In this document: positions 1-13,099 of the stretch, piece after piece
Layout of the letters: each line of letters opens with the position of its first letter
Numbering within the stretch: position 1 is the stretch's first letter
From: the human T2T-CHM13v2.0 reference genome, Homo sapiens
Assembly (NCBI RefSeq): GCF_009914755.1
Contig: NC_060929.1
DNA: 64,000 bases
Strand: one strand, 5' to 3'
Notes under the pieces: generated by a model
Databases searched by the model: none
What the model was told of the DNA's origin: nothing
What the model saw: only the letters and a program-made list of their open reading frames with translations
Translations under genes and position numbers: made by a program

Positions 1-39
1 GCATAGTTTAAATGATGATATAATAATGGCCAATAGTTG

Positions 40-560
40 CACAAATACAACAAAAGTTCAATGTACTAAAGAATATTTTTAACAAGGTACATTAAGAAAC
101 TCTTTTAACAACAATATAGCATTTTATAGAAATACATAATAAACAAGCTAAATTAATGAGAGATACATCATGCTCATGTACAGGAAAGCATGTCAATTAT
201 TCCAAAATTGGACTACAGACTGGAAAAACTTTTAGTGAAAATATCAATATGCTTTTTTGGAATTTGACAAAATAAAGTCAGCATATATATGAATGATCAA
301 ATAATAAGAATTGTCAAGATGTATAACAATCATCTTTCAGTAGATTAAACTTAAATATGAAAAGCAAAGTTATAAACACTTCAAAACCTATTACCCTATT
401 TTTATATCTATAGGTAAACAAGTGTTTTAAAAGTAAACATAAAAAGCAACAATCCTAAAAGAAATGACTTACTATTACGGCAATCTTAAAAATAAGATTC
501 TTGATTTATGGAAGAGCATTATATATAAAGGAATTAAAGCAGTCATAAATGGGAGTAATT
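40..560 (+). mobile_element. Highly decayed old L1 (L1M-type) ORF2 fragment
   Basis: Motifs such as 'gagatacatcatgctcatg...tgtcaattattccaaaattggactacaga' and 'tagattaaacttaaatatgaaaagcaaa' resemble the 3' half of L1 ORF2; boundaries approximate. Confidence 0.5.
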
Positions 561-1696
561 GCTATTTCCATGGATTTCAGATTCAAAATTTCTGAAATGC
601 TTAGACATATCCTTTTGCCTAAGCAGGCTATTGTCACCAGTTTACATGCCACAGTTTTCTTAAAATAATCTGGAGGGAAGTTTTCCAGAACAAAATTATG
701 ATGTTACATTGGAATCCTTCAAGTGTACGTCAGTTCCTTTTCATTCAAGTTCTCTCAACTTATCTCAAAAATTGGACAGGACCTAAGATTTAGATTAATG
801 GCTCAATTCTGGTTTGTGCTTCAAAACTAAAGTTATTTGGTAGGATTCATTCTTACATGAATCAAATAAATAATATAACTTTCTTATTTCCTTCTTTTCA
901 AAATCCCCATAATTGATCATTCATTGCCAGTGAAAATTATGTATACTTGTCTTTTCTGCAGATGTGATTATTATCTCCACCCTATTTTTCATCAGGGTGA
1001 TGACATTATGTTTATTCTGGCTTTGGAGCATCTATAGGTAGGGCATATCTCTGGGACAAAATGTTGTTTTTAAGATCACAATGTTAGGCATCAAATGGAT
1101 TGCTGATGTGCTGTAATGTCAACACACTCAGTTCTTTTAGTCAGACAGACATGGTCTGAGGTAACTCAAGTCCACTGGCCAGTCTCCTTTGGACACAATC
1201 CACTTTCTTGCCTTACCTTGACATGCTATACCCATTTTACAAATAATATTTTCTATATGTGCCATGAAATCAGAAAAACTGAGAAGCACCGTGTTGGGTC
1301 ATCCTGTATTTCTACTATCCACTGGTATTGCTGAGATCAGAAAAAACACTGTAATTGTAATGCTGCCCCAAGAATTTCTAAGAGAGCAGAATTAAGCAAA
1401 ACAAAACCAAAAAATTCTGGCATTCTATAGCTGAATCTATTCTTTACCATAAGTGGGGGAAGAAAGATTCTTCAAGGACATACTTAAAAGTGGCTTTATG
1501 AGACATACATAGTGATATGGTTTGGAACTGTGCCGCCACCCAAGTCTCATGTTCAATTGTAATCCCCAGTGTTGGAGGCTGACCTGGTGGGAGGCGATTG
1601 GATCATCGGGGCAGTTCCTGATTGTTTAGCACCATTCCCCAGTGCTGTTCTTGTGATACGGTTCTCATGAGATCTGGTTGTTTAAAAGTGTGTAGC

Positions 1697-2140
1697 CGTA
1701 TGTTTATTGCAGCACTACTCACAATAGCAAAGACTTGGAACCAACCCAAATGTCCAACAATGATAGACTGGATTCAGAAAATGTGGCACATATACACCAT
1801 GGAATACTATGCAGCCATAAAAAACGATGAGTTCATGTCCTTTGTAGGGACATGGATGAAGCTGGAAACCATCATTCTGAGCAAACTATTGCAAGGACAA
1901 AAAACCGAACACTGCATGTTCTCACTCATAGGTGGGAATTGAACAATGAGAACACTTGGACACAGGAAGGGGAACATCACATACTGGGGCCTGTTGTGGG
2001 GTAGGGGTAGGGGTGAGGGATAGCATTAGGAGATATACCTAATGTAAATGATGAGTTAATGGGTGCAGCATGCCAACATGGCACATGTATACATACATAA
2101 CAAACCTACACGTTGTGCACATGTGCCCTAGAACTTAAAG

Positions 2141-2198
<58 letters not shown>

Positions 2199-2217
2199 AA
2201 AATAAAAAAATAAAAAT
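1697..2217 (+). mobile_element. 5'-truncated L1PA (about PA4-PA6) 3' end
   Basis: Encodes the ORF2p C-terminus (MFIAALLTIAKTWNQPKCP...MFSLIGGN), G-rich 3'UTR and 'cctagaacttaaagtataat' end. TSD AAAAGTGTGT(A/G)GC at 1684-1696 and 2218-2230, at a canonical TT/AAAA endonuclease site. Confidence 0.95.
2145..2192. repeat. (AT)24 microsatellite in the L1 poly(A) tail
   Basis: Uninterrupted AT dinucleotide run. Confidence 0.95.
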
Positions 2218-4925
2218 AAAAGTGTGTGGCACCTCTCTCCCACCTCTCTTCTTCCTGCTTTGGCCATATTGAAGTGCTGGCTCCTCCTTCACCTTCCACC
2301 ATGATTGTAAGCTTCCTGAGGCCTCCTCAGCCATGTTTCCTGTCCAGCCTGTAGAAACATGAGCCAAATAAACCTCTTTTCTTTATAAATTACCTAGTCT
2401 CAAGTATTTCTTTAAAGCAGTATGAGAACAAACTAATATACATAGTTATTAAAAACTGGCATTTAACTTTTAATATCCTTTATCTTAAATTGACAAACTA
2501 TTTCTAACATTTAGATGCCCTTTGAGGTGGACCAGTGTTACATTAAGGTCCACATAAATCGAATGGCAATCTGGTGATATCATATTTTTGTGCTTACCCC
2601 AAATAAAATTAATCCAATATATCTAGCATTTTGAATTTTGGCTTACTACAAAATTGTTTCCCACCTTCCTTGCTCAAATATCCTTTTAAATCATTACTAA
2701 TAACACTCTTCAGGTTGTGACTCTGATTGCTACACAAAATCTTCATTGAACTCCAAGAGCAGGTTGATTCCAGGTGTCCATGGGCATTTGGTCAATAGCA
2801 GAAGAGTTAGTTTTCTTTTCATTAAAGTAGTGACTCCCTATGTGAATAAAAACATTTTTTTGCCCTTTGGTATGAGAGAAGTTTTTAGGTCTTTAATATG
2901 TGCCAAATATTTTGATTTTTACTTTTTGAGTTATTTTCTTTTTAATTGTTCTCTTAACTTTCTCAAAAGAGCAACACTGATGGTTTGAATTCAACCATAA
3001 GTCAGTAAGTAACCTGTGCAAACATTCTATGAATTAAAATTTTGGCAGTCAGTCCTGTGACTACAAAACTAAAATACTGTCCTATCAAGATCACATAAAT
3101 ATGCTAAAGTTAATTCTGCACCTGGGGTGCGGCAATTTTAGATGTGAGATATTCTGTGTAATTATTTGTTCATGCAATTAGAGTGACCGTCTCACTCATT
3201 CCTCAAGGATCTTAACACACATCTTCTTTGTATCACCCTTCTATCTTTTGTGATTGTGAAATCTGGTACTTTCATTCCATACTGATTGACATAAAACTGC
3301 AATATAGCAACAGTATATATAAGGTTATTATTTATATCAATTCTCACATTTTATTTTTTCTCATCTTCTATTTATTTTCATTCTTTATTTTATCTCTACT
3401 TTTTTATCTAAATAGCTCCACTTTTTTGGAAAATACTCTTTCTGTGGGTCTCCTAGAGAGTACTTTCTCATATTTATTCCATGTCCTTGTGCCACATAAG
3501 TGCTGTAGAAGAAAAGAAGGGGCGTGTTCTCCATGTTCATGATCTGACATAGTTAGGTTTTGCCTCCATGAAGCTAAAAGCCTAACAAGCTAATGTAGAT
3601 TTTCTAGTCATCTTGATATTACTGGTTCCTAACAAATACTCTACAATTCTTCCACAATCATTAATCAAGCTCTTACTTATAATGAAGTTTTCCTCTTTTG
3701 TATTTTCTAACAACAAAATGGCATTTAAAATTCAAAAAACCTTCAACATGAAATTTGTCATCAAACTCCTGAAGATACCTTATCCAAAAACAGTCTGTGC
3801 TTTCTTGCTACCCAGTTACAAAATGACACATTTATCTTCCTGGTTATACAAAAACTTGAAATCAATTTTGATTTTGCCTTACACCCTTGAACTTCACCAT
3901 CACCAACTAATATATCTTATAATTTTGACTGAATAGTTGTAGAATTTCTTCTGTTTTAAATTGTCCAAACTCTCTTAAGCCTAGCTATATGGTTACTTTA
4001 TTTTAGGCATATTCATTAAGGAAAATATAATGTGTATTATGAATAACAATAAAATAGTGCTATTTAGAATAATCCTTTGTTTTCATTGCTCTGATTCTAA
4101 GACAAGGTATTTTCACTCTGTGTATACCCTTAAAATTTCCCTTGCAGTGTATTAAATTGTGAGAAATATACTGATGATAGTCTCCTTGGAATAAGAGCAG
4201 CAACAGCTGTTGTTTGATATGATCATATATGAAAAGTGACTGCCTTTGAGTTATGTCTCAATGTGTGATGGAAAGGAAGAGGTCATTTTCACATCCTTAT
4301 ACCATAAATAAGACTCAGTCTTCTCTAAGAAAAATTTATTGTTCATCATCAAGTCAGAGTGAGACAAAGACGAAGGGACATTTTATTTTAATGTGACTTT
4401 TTTTTTTCTTAAAAGTAAATCAGAAAACTGAAGTTCTTTACAGGACACAGTATCTGAAAATTATTTAGGTATCATATTTTTATTACTTGATCTCAATGAC
4501 CAGTACAATATTAACTGTGATATGGTGCATATTTTAATTCAAATTAGATAAATAGCTAAGTTGAGACTTTTACCTCACTTTTCATTCAAAAAAATAGCAT
4601 ATGTTTTCCATTTTATTGCCTTAAGGAGATACAAAGGCAATTCTAAAACACAACCAATATTATTCTTTGGTACAGCACTACTGCCAATTCTCTTGTTCCT
4701 GTTCTCAGTGTGTTTTGCCTAGAATATTCATAAAACTCTTCTTTTATTTCTTTTTCATAGCTCTCCCATAGGGTCTGATAATATGTCACTTTCCAAGCAA
4801 ACAAACAAAGAGAAGCAATGGCAACAAATTTGTCAGTGTCTTTTTTCACTCCTCAATTGTAGTTTCCCGATATTTAATTTTCTGCTTGAACTAACCTCAC
4901 TCAACATTCTCAGCTTTATCTTTTT

Positions 4926-5406
4926 TCTTTTTAAATGTTTTTAGCTAACGAATGAAAAATATGTATGTTTATGTTGTACAATGCAATTTTTCAATATTAT
5001 GTATACATTGCAAAAGGTTAAGTCAAGGTAATTAACATATCCATTACCTCACATACTTATTACTTTTGTAAGGTAAGAAAATTTCAAATCTACTCACTTG
5101 GTGTACAGACACTGTTACTCATAGCAGTCACCATATTGTAAGTAGATCTCCCAAATGTAACTGTCTAACTTAACGTCGTATCTAGCTGAAATTTTGAATC
5201 CCTTGACCAACATTTCCCCAGACCACCCCAGTCCTGGCAACCACCATTCTACTCTCTGATTTATAAGTTCAATTTTGTTAGATTCCACATATAAGTGAGA
5301 TCATACAATATTTGTATTTCTATGCCTGCTTTATTTCATTTAACATAATGTCCTCTAGTTTCATCATGTTGTTGCAAATGACAGGATTTCCTTCTTTTCA
5401 AAATAT
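4926..5406 (-). mobile_element. L1MA-type 3' end fragment
   Basis: Reverse-strand L1MA 3'UTR motifs ('ctggcaaccaccattctactctctg', 'tagattccacatataagtgagatcat'); flanking direct repeat GCTTTATCTTTTT at 4913-4925 and 5407-5419. Confidence 0.85.
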
Positions 5407-7427
5407 GCTTTATCTTTTTCTAATTCCTTTAATGAAGTCCAGGACCTATGCAAAATAAACTGCTTCTTATGTTTTTGGGCTTTCCATGTCTCCATTGATT
5501 CTATACACATGTTTCTTAGTCTTCACTCATCTCCCTTCACCATAATCTGCTTAAACTTTAAAGCTTATCTCAATTAATCCAAAATATTTTTCGATCTTTC
5601 ACAACCTATGACAAAATGATTTCTTCTCTAAATAATACACGACTCTGATTAACTGCTGACTATTTTATGACCCATAGTTTTCTACCTGTGGTATATTTTT
5701 GTCCATATTTTATTAACTATTTTGTATTTCAAAATCTTGCAAAATATGTTTGTATCTAAATATCATTTATAGATCTCATACTGAACATAATAGATACCAA
5801 ATAAAAGTTTTATAATTTTCATGGTTCTAGCAAGTATCAGAATTAAATTGGAAGGTTAATTACCTCAGATCCAAAATCTTTGTTTTCTTTTTTCAAAATT
5901 GAAGAAAATAATTAAAAATCAAATGAAATGAACATCTGACAATATCTCTCTGAAACAAAAATAGAATGGAATAGAGACTCATGAGCAACAAAAAGAGTAA
6001 TTAATAGTAATTACATGCTGTTAAAACTCATTGTAAATAAATACTATGGCCCCTTGTTAAATATAATGAGACAAAGTGACCATAATTTTATTTGAATACA
6101 ACAGAAATATGCACATATGCCCTCATATATAGCCCCATCTTCAATCTAATATAGTACAATGGAAGCACCAAGATTTATTATGATCAAATTGACTTTGTAT
6201 CACACGTTGAATTTCAGGCAATAAGACACAGAAAAATGATGGGTTATTTCCACAGTGATGAGAACATAAAAAATAGATTTAATCATAAAATATGGTTGAC
6301 AAATAATGAGGTTAGTTTTCCTAGTTACTTTTTTGACCCCTCGAAAGAGACCACTTTGAGTTGTTCATGTCATACATTAGACATTTGTTGAGAAGTCTTA
6401 AGTGTCAGCCAGTGGAAATCAGGACAGAAATCATCTGTGAAATGTTACTGACTTGTAGGTACATAAGTTCTCTCTGGTTTTGTTAGACTGTGAACATTAA
6501 ATTGTTTTAAAAATAACATTGTCCTGGTTCTCTATACCTGGCAATACATTTTACAAAAATAAAAGTTTGAAACAGAGCCAAAGGGGGTATAGCCATGAAA
6601 TACAATTTGCTGTATGGTTCTGGGGGTGGATCACTCAACTTTGGTTTAGGTCTCCCTTCTGCCTTTTTCTTTTGCGGAATCTTTTCTTCCCTCTTATCAT
6701 GGAAACATGGTACCAACACAATCAAAACATTTTTAAATTATGTATGTCAAAGCTTCCTGTAGTCAATAGGCAGACGTGACTCTGCTGGCCTACATTAGTC
6801 ATAAGTTGTCAGTTTGAGGATGTGTTAGTGAAACATCTGCTTTCACTTTAATCCCCTCAACAGCCAATTTTCTGGCTGATGGAACTCAGCACGAGTACCC
6901 ACACTGAACAAGCTTGTGGTACTTATGGAGAGTAAGCCCTATTCATCACTGCCAATAAGGCGTTGCCACTCTGCCCCCAGCATCTTCATTATCTTGTACT
7001 CTCTTATTTTAATCACTGCATTAATACTGCTGAGTTTTCCTGAATATGAAGTAATAATCATCATGTCTTTCAGAGATGCGTCTTGTATGTACACATGGAG
7101 CTTTCAGGCAGTGCTGAAGGCCTTTGAACATCACCTTCAGAAAGTGTAAATTCTGATCTGACCGTGAGTTTTCAGTAATACTAAGAGGCAACACAAATCC
7201 TTCCCATTCCCCCCTTTATATTAGCAATACCTATCATTTGTAACAGCTTAGCAGAAAAGCAATGCAGAATACACCCAATGTGTAATTATCATATGTGTAT
7301 TTTCCATAAAGTTATGGTTTTTTAATCTCTTCAATTTCCCACTTCCAAATCTTATTATGCATATACTTATCATGCTTATTTGATTAAAACCAAAACAGAT
7401 AACTTTAAAAAACTTCTCTACTCACAG

Positions 7428-7494
7428 AAGTTTATGTGAACTAATAAAAGTTTGTGTGAACTAATAAAACTTGGTGTGAACTAATAAAACTTTA
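7428..7494. repeat. 20-bp tandem repeat, about 3.3 copies
   Basis: aagtttatgtgaactaataa / aagtttgtgtgaactaataa / aacttggtgtgaactaataa / aacttta. Confidence 0.9.
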
Positions 7495-7749
7495 TTTCAT
7501 GTGTTCTGATTGCTGTGAAATCTATGATTTAATAAAAATATATTTTAATGTATTTTATAAGGTGGCTTATCCAATAAATCAGAACATTCATTTATTTTAA
7601 TCAAATGTAATCTGGCTATTTATTTCTTATCCATAACTATATACAGATTTGTTGGGTGAGGGCATGAATTCTTATATTCTCAGAACAAATCCCCCACAAA
7701 TTCATGCATTCTTGCATTCAAAAAATATTTCTGAGAACCTTGTCTGCTA

Positions 7750-8568
7750 TGAATATTACAACCTGCTTTCTCATTGCTTGTATTTGCTTGGTATCCTTTT
7801 CCTATCCTTTTAGGCTTTATGTTTATGTCTATTTTACATAAGTCCTTGTACAGAATAAACTTAGATTTTGATTAGTGAACAAATCCAGAAGCAGAATATT
7901 TAAGCCGATTTATAATATTGACATGACTGATATGCTTAGTTTCATTTTTTTCATGAGATCTTAAGTTCTTTTATGTAGTATTAAGCGTATCTCTGTATAA
8001 AGTGTTTTCTTTGTTCTATTTTGCTAATTCTTGTATTTATAGTTATAAAGATTTTGTTTTAGTTCAAGTGGTTACCTATACTAATATATTTCATAATGTC
8101 CTTAGTCTCCTTTTTCAATATTTAGGTGACTGCATTTTATTTTATTAGCTTTGTATAGTATCCTTGACTCTCACCCATGACTTTTGCAAACACCAATGAG
8201 CTTATTTTACTTTCACTTTTTTGTTTCCTTTCTGTCATATTATTTATTTTCACTTTTATAGAATTTATACAATTTAAATATTATTAGTTAATTTTGTTCC
8301 CTCCTTTGAATCTTATTACTGCAATTAAATATATTGGATGATGACCATTTTCTTCATTGAAATTTCACGAATATGGATTTCTCAGAAAGAACTTATGCCT
8401 ACATTCATTCTTGAATATTTAATCATTCTCCTATCCTTTATAGTTGAATGATTGCTTATCTGAATTTTAAAATTTTGCTTATCTTTTTTCTTTGTGTTTT
8501 TCAAAATATTATTTCACTGTTGTCTTATATTGTATGTTGTCAAGAAAGCTGGTGTTGACCTGTTTCTA

Positions 8569-8656
<88 letters not shown>

Positions 8657-9900
8657 CAAATGCCTTAGCCTCTTTGCCTGGGGGTTTTGTCATTGTTGTT
8701 TTTCATGTGACTTTTAGGTCTAATAATTTTATCAGGTTATATCCTAAAATAGTCAGTCATAGTAAAATTTTCTTAGTTACTGCTGAAACATTCAAGTTGT
8801 GTTGAAACTATCAATAGTAGTTTTAAATGTTACTTCTATCTGCTTATTTTATTTATTCTTTCTTCATATCTTTATATAAATAATGGATTAGGATATTCAA
8901 AATATTTTATGTATTTTTAATATTTTATCGCAGTGTTTTATTTTAATTCACATCCCCTTTTTGTTTTTATGTTTATTTGTTTGTTTGTTTGTTTCCCTCA
9001 CAGTGAGACATGATTTTTCTGGGCATCTTGTAAATCTGTCTTTCTTTTGGCTTGGTTTGGTGAGTTTGTTTAGTGAATGTTCCGAATTATGTTCTCATGT
9101 CTTACTTTTTTAAAAAATGTATTGTGAGATTTAAAATTCCCTGATTCATTTTGTGCTTTTAAAGTTGCAATTGCTAGTTTAAAAATATGTAGTTTATGTT
9201 GGAGTTCTATTTTACAATTTTGTTCCTGCTAGCTTAATATTTTCATCATGTGTACATTTTATCTATGCTGTGTGATAATAGCTTTTTATATATGGCTTTT
9301 TTGTGTTAACTGTTTTGAATTTTCATTGAGAGACAGTAACAATTGTTTCTTTGGATGTTGTAATATGTTTTATTAGCTTACTGAGATTCTTACTGCAAGA
9401 TCAACTCTACTATTAGTAAAAGAAAATGTGTTTATTTCAATAAATACTTCCGTAGCAAAAAAACTATTGTTTTCAGAATTGTTATTTTATTTTTATTTTT
9501 TACTGTAGGGCTTTAAGGTCGTATTCTTTCTTTTCTTCTATATAAAGTCAACACGATATGTCTCTCCCTTCCGAGTTCCTGTCCTCCGCACTGCGGTCCC
9601 AAGGATGCCAATTCTAACTCCATGAGCAATCGAGAGCCTAATTCAATTACACAGTAGCCAGGGCTTGTATTTGCAAAGCCTGGCTCCTGTTCTGGTTGTT
9701 TTTCTTTCAGAAACAGACTCTTCTCAAAGGGTTAATATCCATGCCTCTTACCACTAGAACTCTACCACACTTTTCTTTTTTCCTGCCTCACTCTGTGCTC
9801 TGTTATGGGCTCTTGAGCTTCCTCCTCTGGTTTCAGCAGTTTATCATCCCATTTATGTGTAAGTTAAATTTTTCGGAGTTCTCTTTCCTCTTAGGCCTTC
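7750..9900 (-). mobile_element. Very old L1M-like fragment(s), ORF1 to ORF2-start region
   Basis: T-rich strand with 'ctgctttctcattgcttgtatttgcttggtatccttttcctatcctttt' resembling reverse-complemented L1 endonuclease sequence; heavily decayed, limits uncertain. Confidence 0.45.
8573..8656. repeat. Compound (TA)24-T36 microsatellite
   Basis: TA run 8573-8620 directly followed by T run 8621-8656. Confidence 0.95.
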
Positions 9901-10555
9901 TGTAGAAGTGAATGATAAGTGGTTTTACTTACCCTCTTCATAAAACTCTATAGTTTTTAAAGATGTAAATTGAGATCTGACTTATGTCATCACCATCCTA
10001 GGAAAAGATCTATTCACCATTGTTAGTTGTTTCAATGTGGTCAGAGTTCTAACAATTTTATTGAGTTAATTTATGTAATTGAAAAATATATACAAGTTGA
10101 AAAGCGTGGGATGTATATTGTTTCAATCCTCATGTTATTCTCTTTTTAATGTCCTGACATACATAAGTATTTCATGATTATATATAAAACATGTCTATTT
10201 CAGGTATGACTCTACATTTGGTATTAGCTTCATATCGTGTACTGTTTAAACTATTCCTCAACAAGTAAGAGATTACACACTGCTCTGAATAGCCACTGAT
10301 TTTCTTTTTTATACTCAAAACTTAAATTTCTCTGCTGGAGTCCTTTCTTCTTGCCTTCATTAAGTGCAAACAAAATTGATGTTTTCGGTGCCATTTCATA
10401 AAAATAGTTTTTTTTCTTTTATAATAATTTTCACAGGAAGAATTATGTTTAGTAATAGCAATTTGTTCAAAAAAATAAATAAAATGTTGATATACTAGTG
10501 TACTCAGCTGAATTCTAACAATTTTTCTTGCTTTGTCTATGAGAAATAAGGAATG

Positions 10556-10812
10556 CAGGTGTACCACAGAAATATAGTGGGTTAAGTTTCAGACCACCTC
10601 AATAAAGTATCACAGTAAAGAAAGTCAAACATTTTTTTGGTTGCTGGTTGCTTGGTACATATAAAAGTTACATTTACACTATAGTTTTCTTAATATGCAT
10701 ATTAATAATTTACTTTATACTGTAGCAATAGTATTTTATCGAAAAATCAATGTACATAATTTTAAAATACTTTATTGTTAAAGCATGATCATCTGCATCT
10801 TCAGCAAGCCAT
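10556..10812 (-). mobile_element. Tigger1 DNA transposon terminal fragment
   Basis: 'caggtgtaccacagaaatatagtgggttaagtttcagaccacctcaataaag...catataaaagttacatttacactata' matches the recalled Tigger1 terminal region including the TIR. Confidence 0.8.
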
Positions 10813-11120
10813 GAAGTTTAGAATAATATAGAACAATAAAGAATTTCTAACAATGACATACAGTATTATCTGCATTCAAAGAAATATAAACAAGTACAGA
10901 AATTAATTCATTAATTTTATATTACAGTTATGCAACTTGCACTAATTAATATTTAAGGCTACAAAGGGCAATATCACTTCTCATAAATTTCTGGCAATTG
11001 TAAATTTAATACCCCAAATTGTGAATATTCTCATCTTTTTTTGAGATTCTACATGTAAACAAATATCCTGCAAGTTAATATATTTAAAATGTAGTTCTAG
11101 TATTTTCTAAAATCATCAGT

Positions 11121-11485
11121 TGATATGGTTTGACTGTGTCCCCACCCAAATCTCATCTTGAGTTGTAGTTCCCATAATCTCCACGTGTCATGGGAGGGAC
11201 TCAGTGAGAGGTAATTGAATTATAGGGGTAGGTCTTTCCCATGCTGTTCTCATTATAGTGAATAAGTCTCATGAGATCTGATGATTGTATAAAAGGGAGT
11301 TCCCCTGCCCATGCTCTCTCTTGTCTGCCAATGTGTAAGATGTGACTTTTCTCTTCATTTGCCTTCTGCCATGATTGTGAGGTCTCCCAAACCATGTGTA
11401 ACTGTGAGTCAATTAAACCTCTTTCCTTTATAAATTACCAGTCTCAGGTATGTCTTTATTAGCAGTGTGAAAATGAACTAATACA
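11121..11485 (+). mobile_element. THE1B solo LTR
   Basis: TGATATGG...CTAATACA, 365 bp; TSD TCAGT (11116-11120) / TCAAT (11486-11490). Confidence 0.92.
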
Positions 11486-12339
11486 TCAATATTTGTGTCA
11501 CTGGGTGAGTCAGAATTGGAATACATATCAAAGAACCTGTAGCTCAGAATTCTTTTTACCAAACAATCGGCTTCACACATCACAGCAGTGATATATGAAT
11601 ACTACATTTCCTTTTTTAATCATAAAAATAATGTCCCATAATAAAACCTAGAAGAGTACTCTGAGAATACATTCATATTTATGTATATATCGATATATCT
11701 ACACCATGGAGAAAATTAAAAGTTAAGACAATTACAATTTTTTTTTTGCCATGTTTAGAAGTTTGTGGAAAATAAGATTGTCTTTCATTCACTATGAATC
11801 AGAGTGCCTTTGATTTTTTTTCCAGCACAAAAAGTGGAAATTGAATTAGGTAAGTACATTTATACATTGAAGGTTTGGAACTACATGTGGAAATGTATTA
11901 AGTTTATTAACAATGTTTGAGAAAATAATAATGATGGAAAGAAGAGTTGGTTCTAAATGAGAAGAACCCAGTGATATAACTAACTCTGCCTAGTCATTTG
12001 AGTAAATTTAACCAAGTCTCTTATTGTCTTTGAATTATATTTTCTGAAGTGTAAAATTAATATTTCTTTCAATGCAAATGAAAGATTTACTGAGCATCTT
12101 CTCTAAATGAAGTACTTCAATGTGTTATAAAGATGAGTCAAAGATGGTCTCTGTATATTAGCTCCTAAGATGTTTATTTCTTCACAGCATGCTGAGATCT
12201 GTTCACTCAAAAGTCTGCTAGTGCCAAACTCAAAATTTTATAAATCTAATGTTTCTTGTGTTTTAATGGTTTCAGGAATGTTTCCCCAGCAAAGAAATAA
12301 AATATTTTTTTCTATATTAATTTTTATAAACATGTAATA

Positions 12340-12410
12340 TCCTAGTCTATTTGGGCTGCTACAACAAAATACCACAAAAAGGTTGGTTTATAAACAACAA
12401 ATAAACAGAT
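12340..12410 (-). mobile_element. Short MLT1/MST-like LTR end fragment
   Basis: 'tagtctatttgggctgctacaacaaaataccac...tttataaacaaca' matches a MaLR LTR terminus. Confidence 0.6.
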
Positions 12411-12414
12411 TTTT

Positions 12415-12722
12415 AGGCACTTTGTCCTCACAAAGTTATGCCCATCGACCAGCTGTTGCTGCTCTTCAGAGGTCTCTGACCCAGAGACAATCTTTCAGGC
12501 TACTGGGGAACATCACTGAGATATGTAAGTCCCCTCTCCAATACCCCTTTTCTCCAGAGTTCACTGGCCCTTCTCCTCTTCTAGACGTTCCCCGAAGTGA
12601 GGATTTGGAGAACGTGCAAACCAATGTATCCCCCAGTAAAGTCGTGTGTGCTGCTGCCGCCTTCTGGTCATGGCTTTTTCCTTGTTCAGCTCTGAAATCC
12701 CTCAGACCTCCTGCTACTAACA
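12415..12722 (+). mobile_element. Probable ERV LTR fragment, family not identified
   Basis: GC-richer block with U5-like end: 'cccccagtaaagtcgtgtgtgctgctgcc' (degenerate poly(A) signal) and terminal 'ctaaca'. Confidence 0.4.
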
Positions 12723-12759
12723 GAGCCTTTATTAATGTCACTAGGGTTGACCAGATTAC

Positions 12760-12978
12760 TATTTATAAACTGCTTTATTGAGAGATGTTGATATAAAAAA
12801 GCTGTACGTAGTTTGGAGATAAGTGAAACCCAGGAAACACTGCCCACAATGCTAAACTTATAGAAGCATAACAGAAAGATGGGTTCTGGAGGCTGGTGGT
12901 GGGATGGGGGGCGGGGGGTGAGTAGTGGGGAGCTGTTGGTCAAAAGGTGCAAAGTTTCAGTTATAGAAGATGAATGAA
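12760..12978. mobile_element. Old L1 (L1MA10/MB-like) 3'UTR in two oppositely oriented pieces
   Basis: 12760-12850 is the L1 extreme 3' end on the minus strand ('ctgctttattgagagatgttgatataaaaaagctgtac'). 12851-12978 is upstream 3'UTR on the plus strand ('ggagctgttggtcaaaaggtgcaaagtttcagttat'). Confidence 0.65.
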
Positions 12979-13099
12979 ACATTATATTTAAGTTGTCTTC
13001 AAACTAGATATATATTTTTTCTTAAAAATAGCATTCAGTGAGTGTTGGCTTTCTGATTATCACTGCAATATATACGGCCAGTAAACAAAGTTTAGAAAT

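Larger units (their letters stand above)
1513..2440 (+). mobile_element. MSTA solo LTR (ERVL-MaLR), interrupted by an L1PA insertion
   Basis: Starts TGATATGGTTTGG, ends CTAATATA (consensus CTAATACA). Perfect 5-bp TSD CATAG at 1508-1512 and 2441-2445; body matches recalled MSTA consensus. Confidence 0.92.

Noticed and set aside
1622-1942. 106-aa ORF with clear protein similarity
   Set aside because: It is the L1 ORF2p C-terminus of a 5'-truncated insertion, in frame by chance with LTR sequence and opened at a non-ATG codon; not a gene.
7428-7494. Direct repeats as a possible CRISPR-like array
   Set aside because: Repeats are contiguous with no unique spacers, and the context is mammalian with no cas genes.
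12383-12781. 132-aa ORF and overlapping antisense ORFs
   Set aside because: Spans repeat-fragment junctions, has no recognisable domain and a non-ATG start.
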